From the IMG/VR virus record IMGVR_UViG_3300020463_000008, positions 67,092-131,091 of that record: a stretch of 64,000 bases of DNA; one strand, given 5' to 3'. The translations under genes and the position numbers were made by a program. This document shows positions 34,085 to 43,701 of this stretch, piece after piece (positions within the stretch are counted from its first letter, which is position 1; each line of letters begins with the position of its first letter). The stretch comes from a virus. Below the pieces are notes generated by a model. The model was not told where the DNA came from, made no database searches, and saw only the letters and a list, made by a program, of their open reading frames with translations.

Positions 34085-35917
34085 TTAGTATGTTCCGCCA
34101 TCTACACCAGTTATTGCTACTGCTCCACTTGTGACTGTAAAGTTTGCTGAAGCGAAAGATGCTACACCTTTTACAGATGCTGTTGCGTCTAAACCAGCGA
34201 ACACACCAGTACTATTATTATAAGATAAACCAGTACTAGAAGTGACACTTAATGCAGTTCTAGCTCTAGTATTAGTGAAGTATTCATTAGTAGATCCTTC
34301 GCCAATATTATCTGTATCTAAAGTAAGAGTACCACCTAAAGATAGCGATTGTGAATTTAATGTGACACCTGAGTTTGCTAATTTTGCATTGGTAATACTT
34401 CCTGCTAACATAGCATTTGTAACACCAAGTGCTTTTACTCTAGCAGTATCTGCATTTATTTCTATAGACGAGTCGTCTACATTTAAAGATAATGCGTTTC
34501 CTACTTTTCCTAAACCATCCCCAGCACTAATCTGACCAGCTCCTGAGAATTGTTCAAAGTTAATAGCAGTCGTACCAAGTGTGACAGCTCCATCTGTTGC
34601 TAATACATAACCATTATCTGCGTTAGCTGTACCACTTTCCACGAAAGCGAAAGCACCAGCAACTAATTCTGATGCAGCATCTGCATCAGGTGTTCTTGTT
34701 AATACGAAAGCAGCAGATCCTGAACCAGTAGCTGTGACTTTATAGAAACCATTTTGAGCAGCAGTAGTTTGGTCTTTAACTAATATTCTGTCATTTACTG
34801 ACATTGTTACACCATCAACTGATAGTGCAAAGTTAGATCCTGCTGTTATAGTTCCTGCACCATTATTATAAGTTCCAGCAAGGTTTCCAGTAGTAGCAAC
34901 TTTTACAGGTGCTTTAACTGATAAACCTGAAGTGACAGAATCTACATATGATTTATTTACTAATGATTGACTTGAAAATCCTGCTCTAGCTTCGTATGAA
35001 GCTGGAACAACAACAGTACCAGTACCATTTGGTGATAGTTCTAAGTTTCCATTTGTGTCTGTTGTAGTAATAGCATTAGCATCTAATGTCATATTATCTA
35101 CATCTAAACTTGTTAATCCATTTATATCTGTTCTTGAACCACCTAATGCTACTGCGTCAGATCCTATTGTGACTGAATTATTGGCTAGTGATACAGCACC
35201 AGAAGAAACTGAAAAGTCTGCACCGAAAGATGCGACACCTTTATTAGAAGAGGTGGCATCTTCTGCTGAAATAGTTAGAGTATCAGTTGAACCAACTACT
35301 GCATCAATACCTTCTCCTGCTGTGACAGTTAGAGTATTACCACCTGCAATAGTTTCTGAGTTAGATCCATCAGTTAGTGTAAATGAAGTTGATATTGAGC
35401 CTACACTGGCAGCAGTGACACGACCTTTAGCATCAACAGTAAGAATTGGGATTTCAGTTGTACTACCATAAGATCCTGCGGAGACACCTGTAGAATCCAT
35501 AGTAGTAGAAATTGTGACATCACCTGAACCATCAATAGAGCCAGAACCATCTACATCGCCATCGATAGTTAATGTTCTAGCAGTAGTCCAAGCTGCAGCA
35601 GTAGTTGCTGTTGAAGCATTACCACTTAGTGCAGCAGTAATAGTACCTGCTGAGAAGTTTCCACTTCCATTTCGTTTTACAATCGTACTTGCTGTGTTAG
35701 CAGTTGTTGCTGCGTCTATTGTATCTGTAAAAAATTTTCCTCCAATTACGAAGTGATTTGCTGCATTCCCTGCAGTTTCTGTTCCGAAACCAACATACAA
35801 TCTATCACCACCATTGGAGCCATTATCAGTAAGACCTGAATATGCGAGTTCTCCTGCACCTAGTGTAGCTGGATTTCCCGAAGTCGCAGATCTTTTTATT
35901 CTAACAATTGCTGCCAT
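34085..35917 (-). CDS. Tail fibre-like virion protein (610 aa)
   Basis: RIKRS...GELAY N-terminus, NKSYVD...VKVATT...DRILVKDQ...NG domain, terminal DGGTY. Confidence 0.75.
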   Translation of the reverse strand: MAAIVRIKRSATSGNPATLGAGELAYSGLTDNGSNGGDRLYVGFGTETAGNAANHFVIGGKFFTDTIDAATTANTASTIVKRNGSGNFSAGTITAALSGNASTATTAAAWTTARTLTIDGDVDGSGSIDGSGDVTISTTMDSTGVSAGSYGSTTEIPILTVDAKGRVTAASVGSISTSFTLTDGSNSETIAGGNTLTVTAGEGIDAVVGSTDTLTISAEDATSSNKGVASFGADFSVSSGAVSLANNSVTIGSDAVALGGSRTDINGLTSLDVDNMTLDANAITTTDTNGNLELSPNGTGTVVVPASYEARAGFSSQSLVNKSYVDSVTSGLSVKAPVKVATTGNLAGTYNNGAGTITAGSNFALSVDGVTMSVNDRILVKDQTTAAQNGFYKVTATGSGSAAFVLTRTPDADAASELVAGAFAFVESGTANADNGYVLATDGAVTLGTTAINFEQFSGAGQISAGDGLGKVGNALSLNVDDSSIEINADTARVKALGVTNAMLAGSITNAKLANSGVTLNSQSLSLGGTLTLDTDNIGEGSTNEYFTNTRARTALSVTSSTGLSYNNSTGVFAGLDATASVKGVASFASANFTVTSGAVAITGVDGGTY

Positions 35918-35929
35918 CTTTGTCTCCTA

Positions 35930-36229
35930 TTAAAATTCTCCTGAATCGAGTTGTTGTCCCTCGTTCATTAATTTGGTTGTCTGCCACTTATTCGTAGCAG
36001 TTTTGTAAATGAGGATTGAACCATTAGCCAAGCCATCAGTCGTAGTATCTACATTCTGTGCTTGTTCTAAATTAACAGCAGTACCACTTTCTCCAGCAAC
36101 ACCTACAGTAGATACAGTTGCTTGATTTACAGTACCAGTTGTTACACTGCTACTTGTCTGAGTTCCAGTAGTTGGAACTGTAGGATTAGTTCCTTCTTGT
36201 GTTGCTATGGTACTTTTTACATCAGGCAT
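35930..36229 (-). CDS. Hypothetical virion protein
   Basis: 99 aa, NGSILIY...KW, terminal DSGEF. Confidence 0.7.
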   Translation of the reverse strand: MPDVKSTIATQEGTNPTVPTTGTQTSSSVTTGTVNQATVSTVGVAGESGTAVNLEQAQNVDTTTDGLANGSILIYKTATNKWQTTKLMNEGQQLDSGEF

Positions 36230-36230
36230 T

Positions 36231-36566
36231 TTATCTCGTGACCTCTGGTCTAATTGTCATTAATCCTTCTACTGCTCTTGTTGTAGTATTAGTTGAATCT
36301 AATACATTTACATCATAAACATATCTTCCAGCTTTTATTCCAGCAGTAGTTGCAGCTGACAAAGTTATAGTACATACACCACCAACTGCATTAGTTATAG
36401 CAGTAGTAAATGTAGCAGTAGCACTCGAACTAGTATGATCTTTTCTAGCTTGAGCAGTAATAGTTGCACCAGTTAAATTTTTTGCTGTTCCAGCAGTATC
36501 TACAACACTTAGTTGTAGAGTAAAATCTGTTCCTTGGTCAACAAATATATCTGTAATGGCAGCCAT
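36231..36566 (-). CDS. Small virion adaptor protein (Ig/BppU-N-like)
   Basis: DQGTDF, GRYVYDV, RAVEG...PEVTR; CTAAATA late box at 36585-36591. Confidence 0.75.
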   Translation of the reverse strand: MAAITDIFVDQGTDFTLQLSVVDTAGTAKNLTGATITAQARKDHTSSSATATFTTAITNAVGGVCTITLSAATTAGIKAGRYVYDVNVLDSTNTTTRAVEGLMTIRPEVTR

Positions 36567-36595
36567 TAAGTTCTCCTCACCGACTATTTAGTTAA

Positions 36596-37207
36596 TTAGA
36601 CAGTTCGCCAACCAGCTGTACCACCGATAAAAATGTATTCTTTTGAATCGTATTCAGATGATAAGGTTTGATTGGCAGTATTACTATTAATTTTTCCACC
36701 ATTGGGATTTACAATACAGTTGTTTGTATCCCAAGTACCATATGCATCAGATAGATAGATTGTATCCCCAAGACTTGGAGATGCAGGAAATGTGACAGTC
36801 ACACTGCCAAGAGTAGTATCTACAAAATAATGCTGAGTTGCTGCAAGAGTTTGTGCAGTAGTAATTACACTCGTGTTTGTTTTAACTGATTGTCGAATTG
36901 GAGTGGTAAGTTTTGCGTGAGTAATACTATTATCAGTGACATTTTGTATTGTCAATTCTTTTCCTAGATATACACAATACAAATCTACAGTGTTTGCTAA
37001 TGCACCACCTGCTATATTAATAGTAGTGCCACCATTAGATAAGGTATAACCAGTTCCAGGTTTTAGGACAACACCATCTTTAACAACTAATAATGCTTCT
37101 TCTCTTGGTGCTGGAAAGTTTAATCCGAAATTAACATCTGCTCCATTTGTAGCAAAGGTTTGTTTTTCGAAACTTCCAAATTGAATTTCTCTACCGAGAT
37201 ATGCCAT
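36596..37207 (-). CDS. Virion/fibre protein (MAYLG N-terminus)
   Basis: 203 aa; YFVDTT..TVTFPASPSLGD..GW C-terminal module. Confidence 0.7.
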   Translation of the reverse strand: MAYLGREIQFGSFEKQTFATNGADVNFGLNFPAPREEALLVVKDGVVLKPGTGYTLSNGGTTINIAGGALANTVDLYCVYLGKELTIQNVTDNSITHAKLTTPIRQSVKTNTSVITTAQTLAATQHYFVDTTLGSVTVTFPASPSLGDTIYLSDAYGTWDTNNCIVNPNGGKINSNTANQTLSSEYDSKEYIFIGGTAGWRTV

Positions 37208-37219
37208 ATTCGAGTCCTC

Positions 37220-40200
37220 TTATGTTTGTGACTCTTTCCATGATAATTTACCAGACACGATGAATGGCGATGCCGAACTAATATCCGATGTATCTTTCGC
37301 CTGTATCGCAAGAGTCATTAAGTCAGGTCCAGCTGGGAATACTGAGTCTCCACCCAGAATACTATTACCCATATCAATCAAGGCAGTTAAGTCAATGTTC
37401 AATGAACCAGCAGAAACTGATTGCGAGAACACCACAGTACCTTGTTGAACAATATCACCTGTATCATGTGAAATTAATTGTGAAAGGGCAGGAGTCTGAA
37501 CATTCGTGTAATCTAATTTAGATGGTAAACCATTCAAGATAAAGAATGCTGTTAAGTCTTTATTTGTTGTCACACCTGCGTTGTTAAGTGATAATATCAT
37601 TCTGTTGATAATTTCTTTCTGACCAATAGAACCTGTTAAACCTGAGTCAACTGATGGTGCTAATCTAATAGAGATTAGTGGATGCGGTCGAGTCATATCA
37701 ACTGCTCCTGCTCCATAAGCATTCTCACCAACTGTCATTGTAACACCAGATGTTATGTTTGGATAAGTAGCAGTTTCAGGTGCGTTAGAAGTAGCAGGAT
37801 AAGAAGTAAATACTTTTGAGTTTGCTCCATCTACAACCACCTGTGTTATATAAGATAGTGCACTAGTTGGTAATCTTCCTTCAGCATCTTTAATCAACTG
37901 ACCCACTGTCACTGATTGTGCTTCAGCTTGTGAACAAGGTACAGCATAAACATACACCCTCTTATTATCTAGAGTCACTAGATCGAAAGTTGATACTGCA
38001 TCAGAAGTAAAGGTAGTTGATGCACCAGCTTTAAATACCATTGGTTTACTATTAGCTGAGAACAAGTATGCCTTATCATCATCAAAGGTACCATCCATTA
38101 TGATAGAAGTACCGAAGTGGAACAAGGTAGGAGCTGAAGATGGTGCGTCACCATTCTCAATCTCATATCGTCCAGGCAAGTTTCCTGATCTAAAGTATGA
38201 TTCGTTTAATCTGTTGTTATGGATAAATTCATGGTTATAATGAACATGACCATCTCTATCTTTGAAACCAAATCTAATTTTACCAGCACCATACCAAGAG
38301 TAATCCGCATAACCCATTTGGATTTTGTGAACATTCAAGTTAAAACCAGTATCGCCTAATCCATCACATGGATCAACATTCCAGTCTTCTTGTGCTACTT
38401 TAACATCGATAGTTTTTGTAATTTTAACATTGGTAGCAGAAACACCTTTATAAGCAGGTTGTACAATCATCCTTTGGTCGGAGTCAACAGCAACAACCTG
38501 ATAAGATTGTCCCCTGATTGATACTTTATTTCCTGCAGCCAACTGAGTAGTGAACGAAGTAGTCGTACCTGTCACAACTTGAGAGTTAGCAGTAGTGTTA
38601 ATTTTACCAGAAATCTGTAGAGTAGAAGATCGTCTTACACAATATAGTTTCTGACCATCGTACTCATAGAAGAATCCATTTTGGTCATCAAACATACCAG
38701 CTCTAACAAACGAGTCATTCCAAGATTCTCTATAATATTCTGGGAATCCTGCAGCTTTAGTTTGCGTAATAGTACCAGCAGCAACATAAGTATAAGTTGT
38801 TGCGTTAGGAACACTTGCTACTTGGAATGTACCAAGATATAAGTTTTCTCCTAGTGTCACTTCAGCACCCTCGATTGTAATTCTATCTCCTACAACTAAG
38901 TTATGTGGCTCTTGTGTAATAGCTGTGACAGTATTACCAGTTGAAGCATAAGTTAGTGAAGATAAAACTTTAGCAGGTGAGAAGTTAATAGCGAATGAGT
39001 TTTGAATACCTTTACCAGACTGATATCTAAAGTATTTACGAGACTGTCTAACAATCTTACTGTTAGGTGAAGTTCCCGCAGTAATATCTACACCACCATC
39101 AAACGATTTGTGTAGTGCGAATCCATCAGGTCGTAGTGATAGCTGAGTAATTTTAAAGTATTCAACATCTGTACCAGCTCCTGGGAATGTTTCTTGAATT
39201 CTCATTTTCTCATCAGTCATAACTGCGTCAACAGTAAATGCTCTGATTAAATCATTTACAACAATATAGATATTATCAAATCTCTTATAATCTTTTAAGA
39301 ATGTTGTTGTTACACCTGTGACCATATTGCCACCATTGTCTATTGATACAGTACCATCTGCTTTTGTCATTTTAACTAATGAAGCAGTTGTAAATGTATG
39401 AGTACCACTCGTAGCAGTTAAGTTAAGTGCAGTTCCTGCAATCGCTGATGCGTAAGAGGAAGCCAACTGAATATCTTGTGAATTGTTTGCTATAACATAA
39501 AGTTGAGATACATCAGTAAATACTCCAATGTCAGCATTACCACCATTGTTATATGTTATTTGCTCTCCAGGATATAAGTTATGTGGAACATATGGAGTTG
39601 AAGTACCCAGTGTCACTTTATCTGTGGAACTATTTACTTTCGTACTTCCATTAAATGTTATTGTTCTACTTGGAATCTGGAACTCTGAACTTAGTGTAAA
39701 GGTCGTAGCAGTTGGAACTGAAGCAATACCATACACACCATCGTATGCACCTTCGTTTGCAGCCAATTCAAATAATTGTTCACCAGCACCAGCAGAAGAT
39801 AATATTACATCACCAGATGCAGCAGTCACTGAGAATCTTATTTCCCACCAGTTAGACATACCTTGTACAGAGAAGTTTACCTGAGAGGATGGACTTACTG
39901 TCACTGATATTGATTTTGGAGAACCAGTTAATAGGTTTGAAATATTTTTAGAACCAAACGAATCATCAATTAAGAATTGGTTTGTATCCTGACCACCAGT
40001 AGCACCAATTCTATATACATCTCCATCAGAGAATGTTAAGTCAACATACTCGTTGGTGTTTCTGAAGTCACCTCTATACTGTACCTGAGTAATAGTAGCA
40101 GTTGAAGGAGTAATTCCTAGAGGTGTTTGGATGTCCACAGTAAACGACTGGGACGCATTATTCGAAGTAGACCCAAAGGCACTAGTTGTAGCAGAACCAC

Positions 40201-42715
40201 TTCCAGAGGACAAGTTTGGATCTTTAATGATGAGTCTAGAATCGTTTAAGTATTGTAGAGTATAGTTAGAACCACCTGTTAAGCCACCGATAACTGTACC
40301 TGAAGTAGAGTAAGTGGATAAATTACCACCTGTTAATTTGTGGTTTGAAATATAAATCGAGTTATAAGTTGTATTTGGTGTTGCTGTAGCAACTGTAAAT
40401 GTCTCAGGGAATGCTGATATATCATCAGTATTCGGTGATTGAGAAATCTGTAATCTGAAATAGTCAGCTGATATAACTGTTATGTTTGCATTAAACTGCG
40501 AAGAAGTAATAGGAACATTGTTTCCTGAAGAATCAACAAACTCAAATCTGTTAGTAGAAGAATAAGAGTTTACAGTAATAACAGCAGAATTACCATCAAT
40601 AAAGTTATGCGATTGAGCATAGATAGTATTTCTATATGAAGTTAATTCGTTTGCAAAACCATAATAAACATGGGTACTATTAGAAGAATAGTTTTCTGCA
40701 TTAGAATCATTTTGGTTTACAGTAAGAATACCAGAAACAGCAGATGCAGTAGCTGCACCAGTTTGTCTTAGAATACCTGTACCGAATCTAGCTGGGTCAT
40801 TACTATTTGCATAGTTATCAGCAGAAGTACCTGAAGATCCTCCAGAAGTTCTACCAGTAAAGGCAAATAATTTAGAACCTTGTGAACCACCAAGACCGAA
40901 GTTATTATTACCAGCAGCAAAGTCAGCACCAGAGTGTGCAGTATTCATTGAAGTTGGTAGTTCGTCAGTAGTTGCGTAAAAAGTTAATTGATAATCTGTA
41001 GTCACAGTACCAGCTTTATCAGTTTCAATAACTGAAGAAGTTGGAGTATATGAAGTTGTTAAATAGAAGTTAGATCCTTGTTGGTAAATACAACGAGTCA
41101 CATCAGCATTTGGATAAATGTTTCCTGAAGAAGCACCCACACCACCAACAGTTATAGAATATGCATTAGCACCTAGTCCTAGATAGTTTCTAGCTTGAAT
41201 TGATACAGCAACTGTTTCATCAGAATCATTTAAATTACCATTATAATAGATTCTTGTTAATGTTGCTTTAATAGGTGTATAACCTGAAGTTGTAATACTG
41301 AAGTTAAATGATTGTGTATTAGTAGTATTCTGAGTTGGCTGTGCGTTTTGGAAAGCTCTATCAGTGACTAAGTTTCTTTTGTAGAAAGCAGTATATCTGG
41401 CATTACCATTGTTTCCTTCAATTTTATATACTAGTGTTAATCTTGGATGACCTCTAGTAAAATCAAAAGAAGTTAAATTCATTCTTGAACCAAGAGTACC
41501 ATAGTCAGAATATAATTCGATTGTATTTGCATCAACAACATTTACATAGTAAACTGTACCATCTACTAAGCCACCATTTGTTTGACCTCTAATTTGAGTT
41601 TGGAAAACCAAAGCAGCATTATCAGTAAAGCCATGACTTGTCCAAGTAATTCTATCAGAACCTGTATTAATCATTGAGGAAGCAAGATACTTATTATAAG
41701 TTCCTTCCCAGTCCCAAGTGACCACAGGGAATTCCTGAGCACCACCACCACCGATAGAGGTAGTAGCATCAACAGTTGTAGTAGTTGTAATTGTAGCACG
41801 AGTATCAACCCATGGGTTTCCATCAGGTGCGTTTCCACCATTAGCAGTAGGATCTGCAATTCTTAAGTTTTTCGGACCAACTGTTTGTCTTAAATAAACT
41901 CTCGTACCAGCTTTAAGTCCATGAGTTTGAGCAGTAGTCACTGTCATTGTAGATGGATTAGCACCATTCGTTTCAATAGCAGTACTTGTTAAATCTACAT
42001 TTAAGTTAGATCCCTCGAAAAATTTAGCAGGGATAACTGAAGTATATGAACCTGAAATAGTTGCACTAGATTCTGCAGCATTATCCATTTCATAAAAGAA
42101 TTCTAAACTGTTTGTTAAACCAGATACTAAGAAGAATCCATCTGCAGCATTCAGAGTCGTACCCTGTACTAGAATTGGATCTCCTAATGTTAGACCATGG
42201 TTAGCAGTAGTTGTCACTTTAACTTGCTTAGAGTTAAGTGTTGTCACAACAGCTGATAATTGTTCAATAGGAACATCACCTGATTGTGAATAAATTGTTG
42301 GAATATTTAAAACTGTTTGAAGTGTTTCCCACTTTGAAGATTGTAATCCATACTCAAAGTCAGTATCAATTAAGTTTTCAGGATTTGAAACTCTTAATTT
42401 ATTAACAGGGTCGAGCATCGCTTCTTCGAACCCTTGTCTAGCAAAATCTGTTTCGTAAAATATTTGTAATCCGTGTGCGTTCGTCACACCAGCTGAGGAT
42501 AAATCTAAAGTCGTAGTGAATGTAGTAGTATCTGCTGTGTAATTGAAAGAATAATTTGACAGTCCTGTAGCAGGATCTGCAAAGTTATATAAAATTGTGT
42601 TATTATTAATATCAGTAATTAATAGCAACCTTACTGGTTGAATAATTCCTGGCACAGTAATCTGATTCTGAGCAGCATTAATTGAATAACCAGTTGCGAT
42701 GAGTTTTTTTGCCAT
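37220..42715 (-). CDS. Large virion structural protein (1831 aa)
   Basis: LIDTDFEYGLQ, RQSRKYFRYQSGKG, YSWYGAG motifs and HG-type beta repeats as in marine T4-like virion proteins. Confidence 0.8.
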   Translation of the reverse strand: MAKKLIATGYSINAAQNQITVPGIIQPVRLLLITDINNNTILYNFADPATGLSNYSFNYTADTTTFTTTLDLSSAGVTNAHGLQIFYETDFARQGFEEAMLDPVNKLRVSNPENLIDTDFEYGLQSSKWETLQTVLNIPTIYSQSGDVPIEQLSAVVTTLNSKQVKVTTTANHGLTLGDPILVQGTTLNAADGFFLVSGLTNSLEFFYEMDNAAESSATISGSYTSVIPAKFFEGSNLNVDLTSTAIETNGANPSTMTVTTAQTHGLKAGTRVYLRQTVGPKNLRIADPTANGGNAPDGNPWVDTRATITTTTTVDATTSIGGGGAQEFPVVTWDWEGTYNKYLASSMINTGSDRITWTSHGFTDNAALVFQTQIRGQTNGGLVDGTVYYVNVVDANTIELYSDYGTLGSRMNLTSFDFTRGHPRLTLVYKIEGNNGNARYTAFYKRNLVTDRAFQNAQPTQNTTNTQSFNFSITTSGYTPIKATLTRIYYNGNLNDSDETVAVSIQARNYLGLGANAYSITVGGVGASSGNIYPNADVTRCIYQQGSNFYLTTSYTPTSSVIETDKAGTVTTDYQLTFYATTDELPTSMNTAHSGADFAAGNNNFGLGGSQGSKLFAFTGRTSGGSSGTSADNYANSNDPARFGTGILRQTGAATASAVSGILTVNQNDSNAENYSSNSTHVYYGFANELTSYRNTIYAQSHNFIDGNSAVITVNSYSSTNRFEFVDSSGNNVPITSSQFNANITVISADYFRLQISQSPNTDDISAFPETFTVATATPNTTYNSIYISNHKLTGGNLSTYSTSGTVIGGLTGGSNYTLQYLNDSRLIIKDPNLSSGSGSATTSAFGSTSNNASQSFTVDIQTPLGITPSTATITQVQYRGDFRNTNEYVDLTFSDGDVYRIGATGGQDTNQFLIDDSFGSKNISNLLTGSPKSISVTVSPSSQVNFSVQGMSNWWEIRFSVTAASGDVILSSAGAGEQLFELAANEGAYDGVYGIASVPTATTFTLSSEFQIPSRTITFNGSTKVNSSTDKVTLGTSTPYVPHNLYPGEQITYNNGGNADIGVFTDVSQLYVIANNSQDIQLASSYASAIAGTALNLTATSGTHTFTTASLVKMTKADGTVSIDNGGNMVTGVTTTFLKDYKRFDNIYIVVNDLIRAFTVDAVMTDEKMRIQETFPGAGTDVEYFKITQLSLRPDGFALHKSFDGGVDITAGTSPNSKIVRQSRKYFRYQSGKGIQNSFAINFSPAKVLSSLTYASTGNTVTAITQEPHNLVVGDRITIEGAEVTLGENLYLGTFQVASVPNATTYTYVAAGTITQTKAAGFPEYYRESWNDSFVRAGMFDDQNGFFYEYDGQKLYCVRRSSTLQISGKINTTANSQVVTGTTTSFTTQLAAGNKVSIRGQSYQVVAVDSDQRMIVQPAYKGVSATNVKITKTIDVKVAQEDWNVDPCDGLGDTGFNLNVHKIQMGYADYSWYGAGKIRFGFKDRDGHVHYNHEFIHNNRLNESYFRSGNLPGRYEIENGDAPSSAPTLFHFGTSIIMDGTFDDDKAYLFSANSKPMVFKAGASTTFTSDAVSTFDLVTLDNKRVYVYAVPCSQAEAQSVTVGQLIKDAEGRLPTSALSYITQVVVDGANSKVFTSYPATSNAPETATYPNITSGVTMTVGENAYGAGAVDMTRPHPLISIRLAPSVDSGLTGSIGQKEIINRMILSLNNAGVTTNKDLTAFFILNGLPSKLDYTNVQTPALSQLISHDTGDIVQQGTVVFSQSVSAGSLNIDLTALIDMGNSILGGDSVFPAGPDLMTLAIQAKDTSDISSASPFIVSGKLSWKESQT

Positions 42716-42731
42716 TTATTTTTCCTATAAA

Positions 42732-43436
42732 TTAAATTTGGTATCTTCTATTACCACTTGTTTCTTTATACATTCCCTCTTGAGTGAAGATGGAGAAGGC
42801 ATCGCCCTCATCACCTCTTATTCTCAATGGTTCGTCATATACATAAGAGTTTATCTTGTTATATTTAGGTACTTTTTTTCCATTAATCTCAAGATTGTCA
42901 CTGTAGCCGAAAAAGAATTTTCCCATTTCTGGCTCAACAACAAGCTCGGAACCAAGATCTAAATCGTAATCAGTATCAAATCCTGAAAAGTTCCCAAAAG
43001 CATAATTGTCACCTTCCCAAATAAACATGTCCTTTGGATCAGAACAACAATAAAATAAGCTCTCTTCACTAGCAGTTCGCAAAAGAACATGAGTATAACT
43101 AGCAACTCTTTCACAAACTTCTAAAGGAGGAATTGGTTTTCCTAAGTAATCAACTCTTCCTAACTCTGGCTTCATTGCCGAAATACCTTGTTGAAGTATT
43201 CCATAATGAAACTTTGCTCCTGGTCCCATAGTGCCTAAGACATTTTTTTCTTCGTCTAGGATTTCTATGAACCCAGTGTGTACGCAAGTTAGTGTACACT
43301 TTTCAATATTTGGTATTCCTATAACACCAGTCTGACCTTTTTTGCCAGTAGCTTTTGTCACCATGAAATTTTGTTTTGCTCTAGTAGCAATAATTTCCCA
43401 GTTCCACTGGTCGTCTTCCTGCACTCTTATGTGCAC
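42732..43436 (-). CDS. Hypothetical protein (234 aa)
   Basis: GGAGGA RBS; composition unlike the flanking fibre proteins. Confidence 0.75.
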   Translation of the reverse strand: MHIRVQEDDQWNWEIIATRAKQNFMVTKATGKKGQTGVIGIPNIEKCTLTCVHTGFIEILDEEKNVLGTMGPGAKFHYGILQQGISAMKPELGRVDYLGKPIPPLEVCERVASYTHVLLRTASEESLFYCCSDPKDMFIWEGDNYAFGNFSGFDTDYDLDLGSELVVEPEMGKFFFGYSDNLEINGKKVPKYNKINSYVYDEPLRIRGDEGDAFSIFTQEGMYKETSGNRRYQI

Positions 43437-43440
43437 GATG

Positions 43441-43671
43441 TTATCCTCCCAAGCCGATACTCAGTGCGACAGATATTGCTTGCGAATTATATACATCCCA
43501 ACTAGTACCATTATAAATTTCAGTTTTGTCAACATCAGCATTATATCTTAGATCTCCTTTTTTAGCAGGAGATGGTCTATTTGCTTGAGTACCGATAGGA
43601 AATCTAAAAGACTCCCCTTGTAGTGAAATATTCTTTTCTAAACTTTGACCTTTTACTCTTGATATTGGCAT
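43441..43671 (-). CDS. Small fibre-associated protein
   Basis: PIGTQANRP..GDLRYN..EIYNG.SW motif; C-terminal SIGLGG; late box at 43691-43697. Confidence 0.75.
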   Translation of the reverse strand: MPISRVKGQSLEKNISLQGESFRFPIGTQANRPSPAKKGDLRYNADVDKTEIYNGTSWDVYNSQAISVALSIGLGG

Positions 43672-43701
43672 TTTAATTCCTCTTATACCCTATTTAGTTT
43701 A

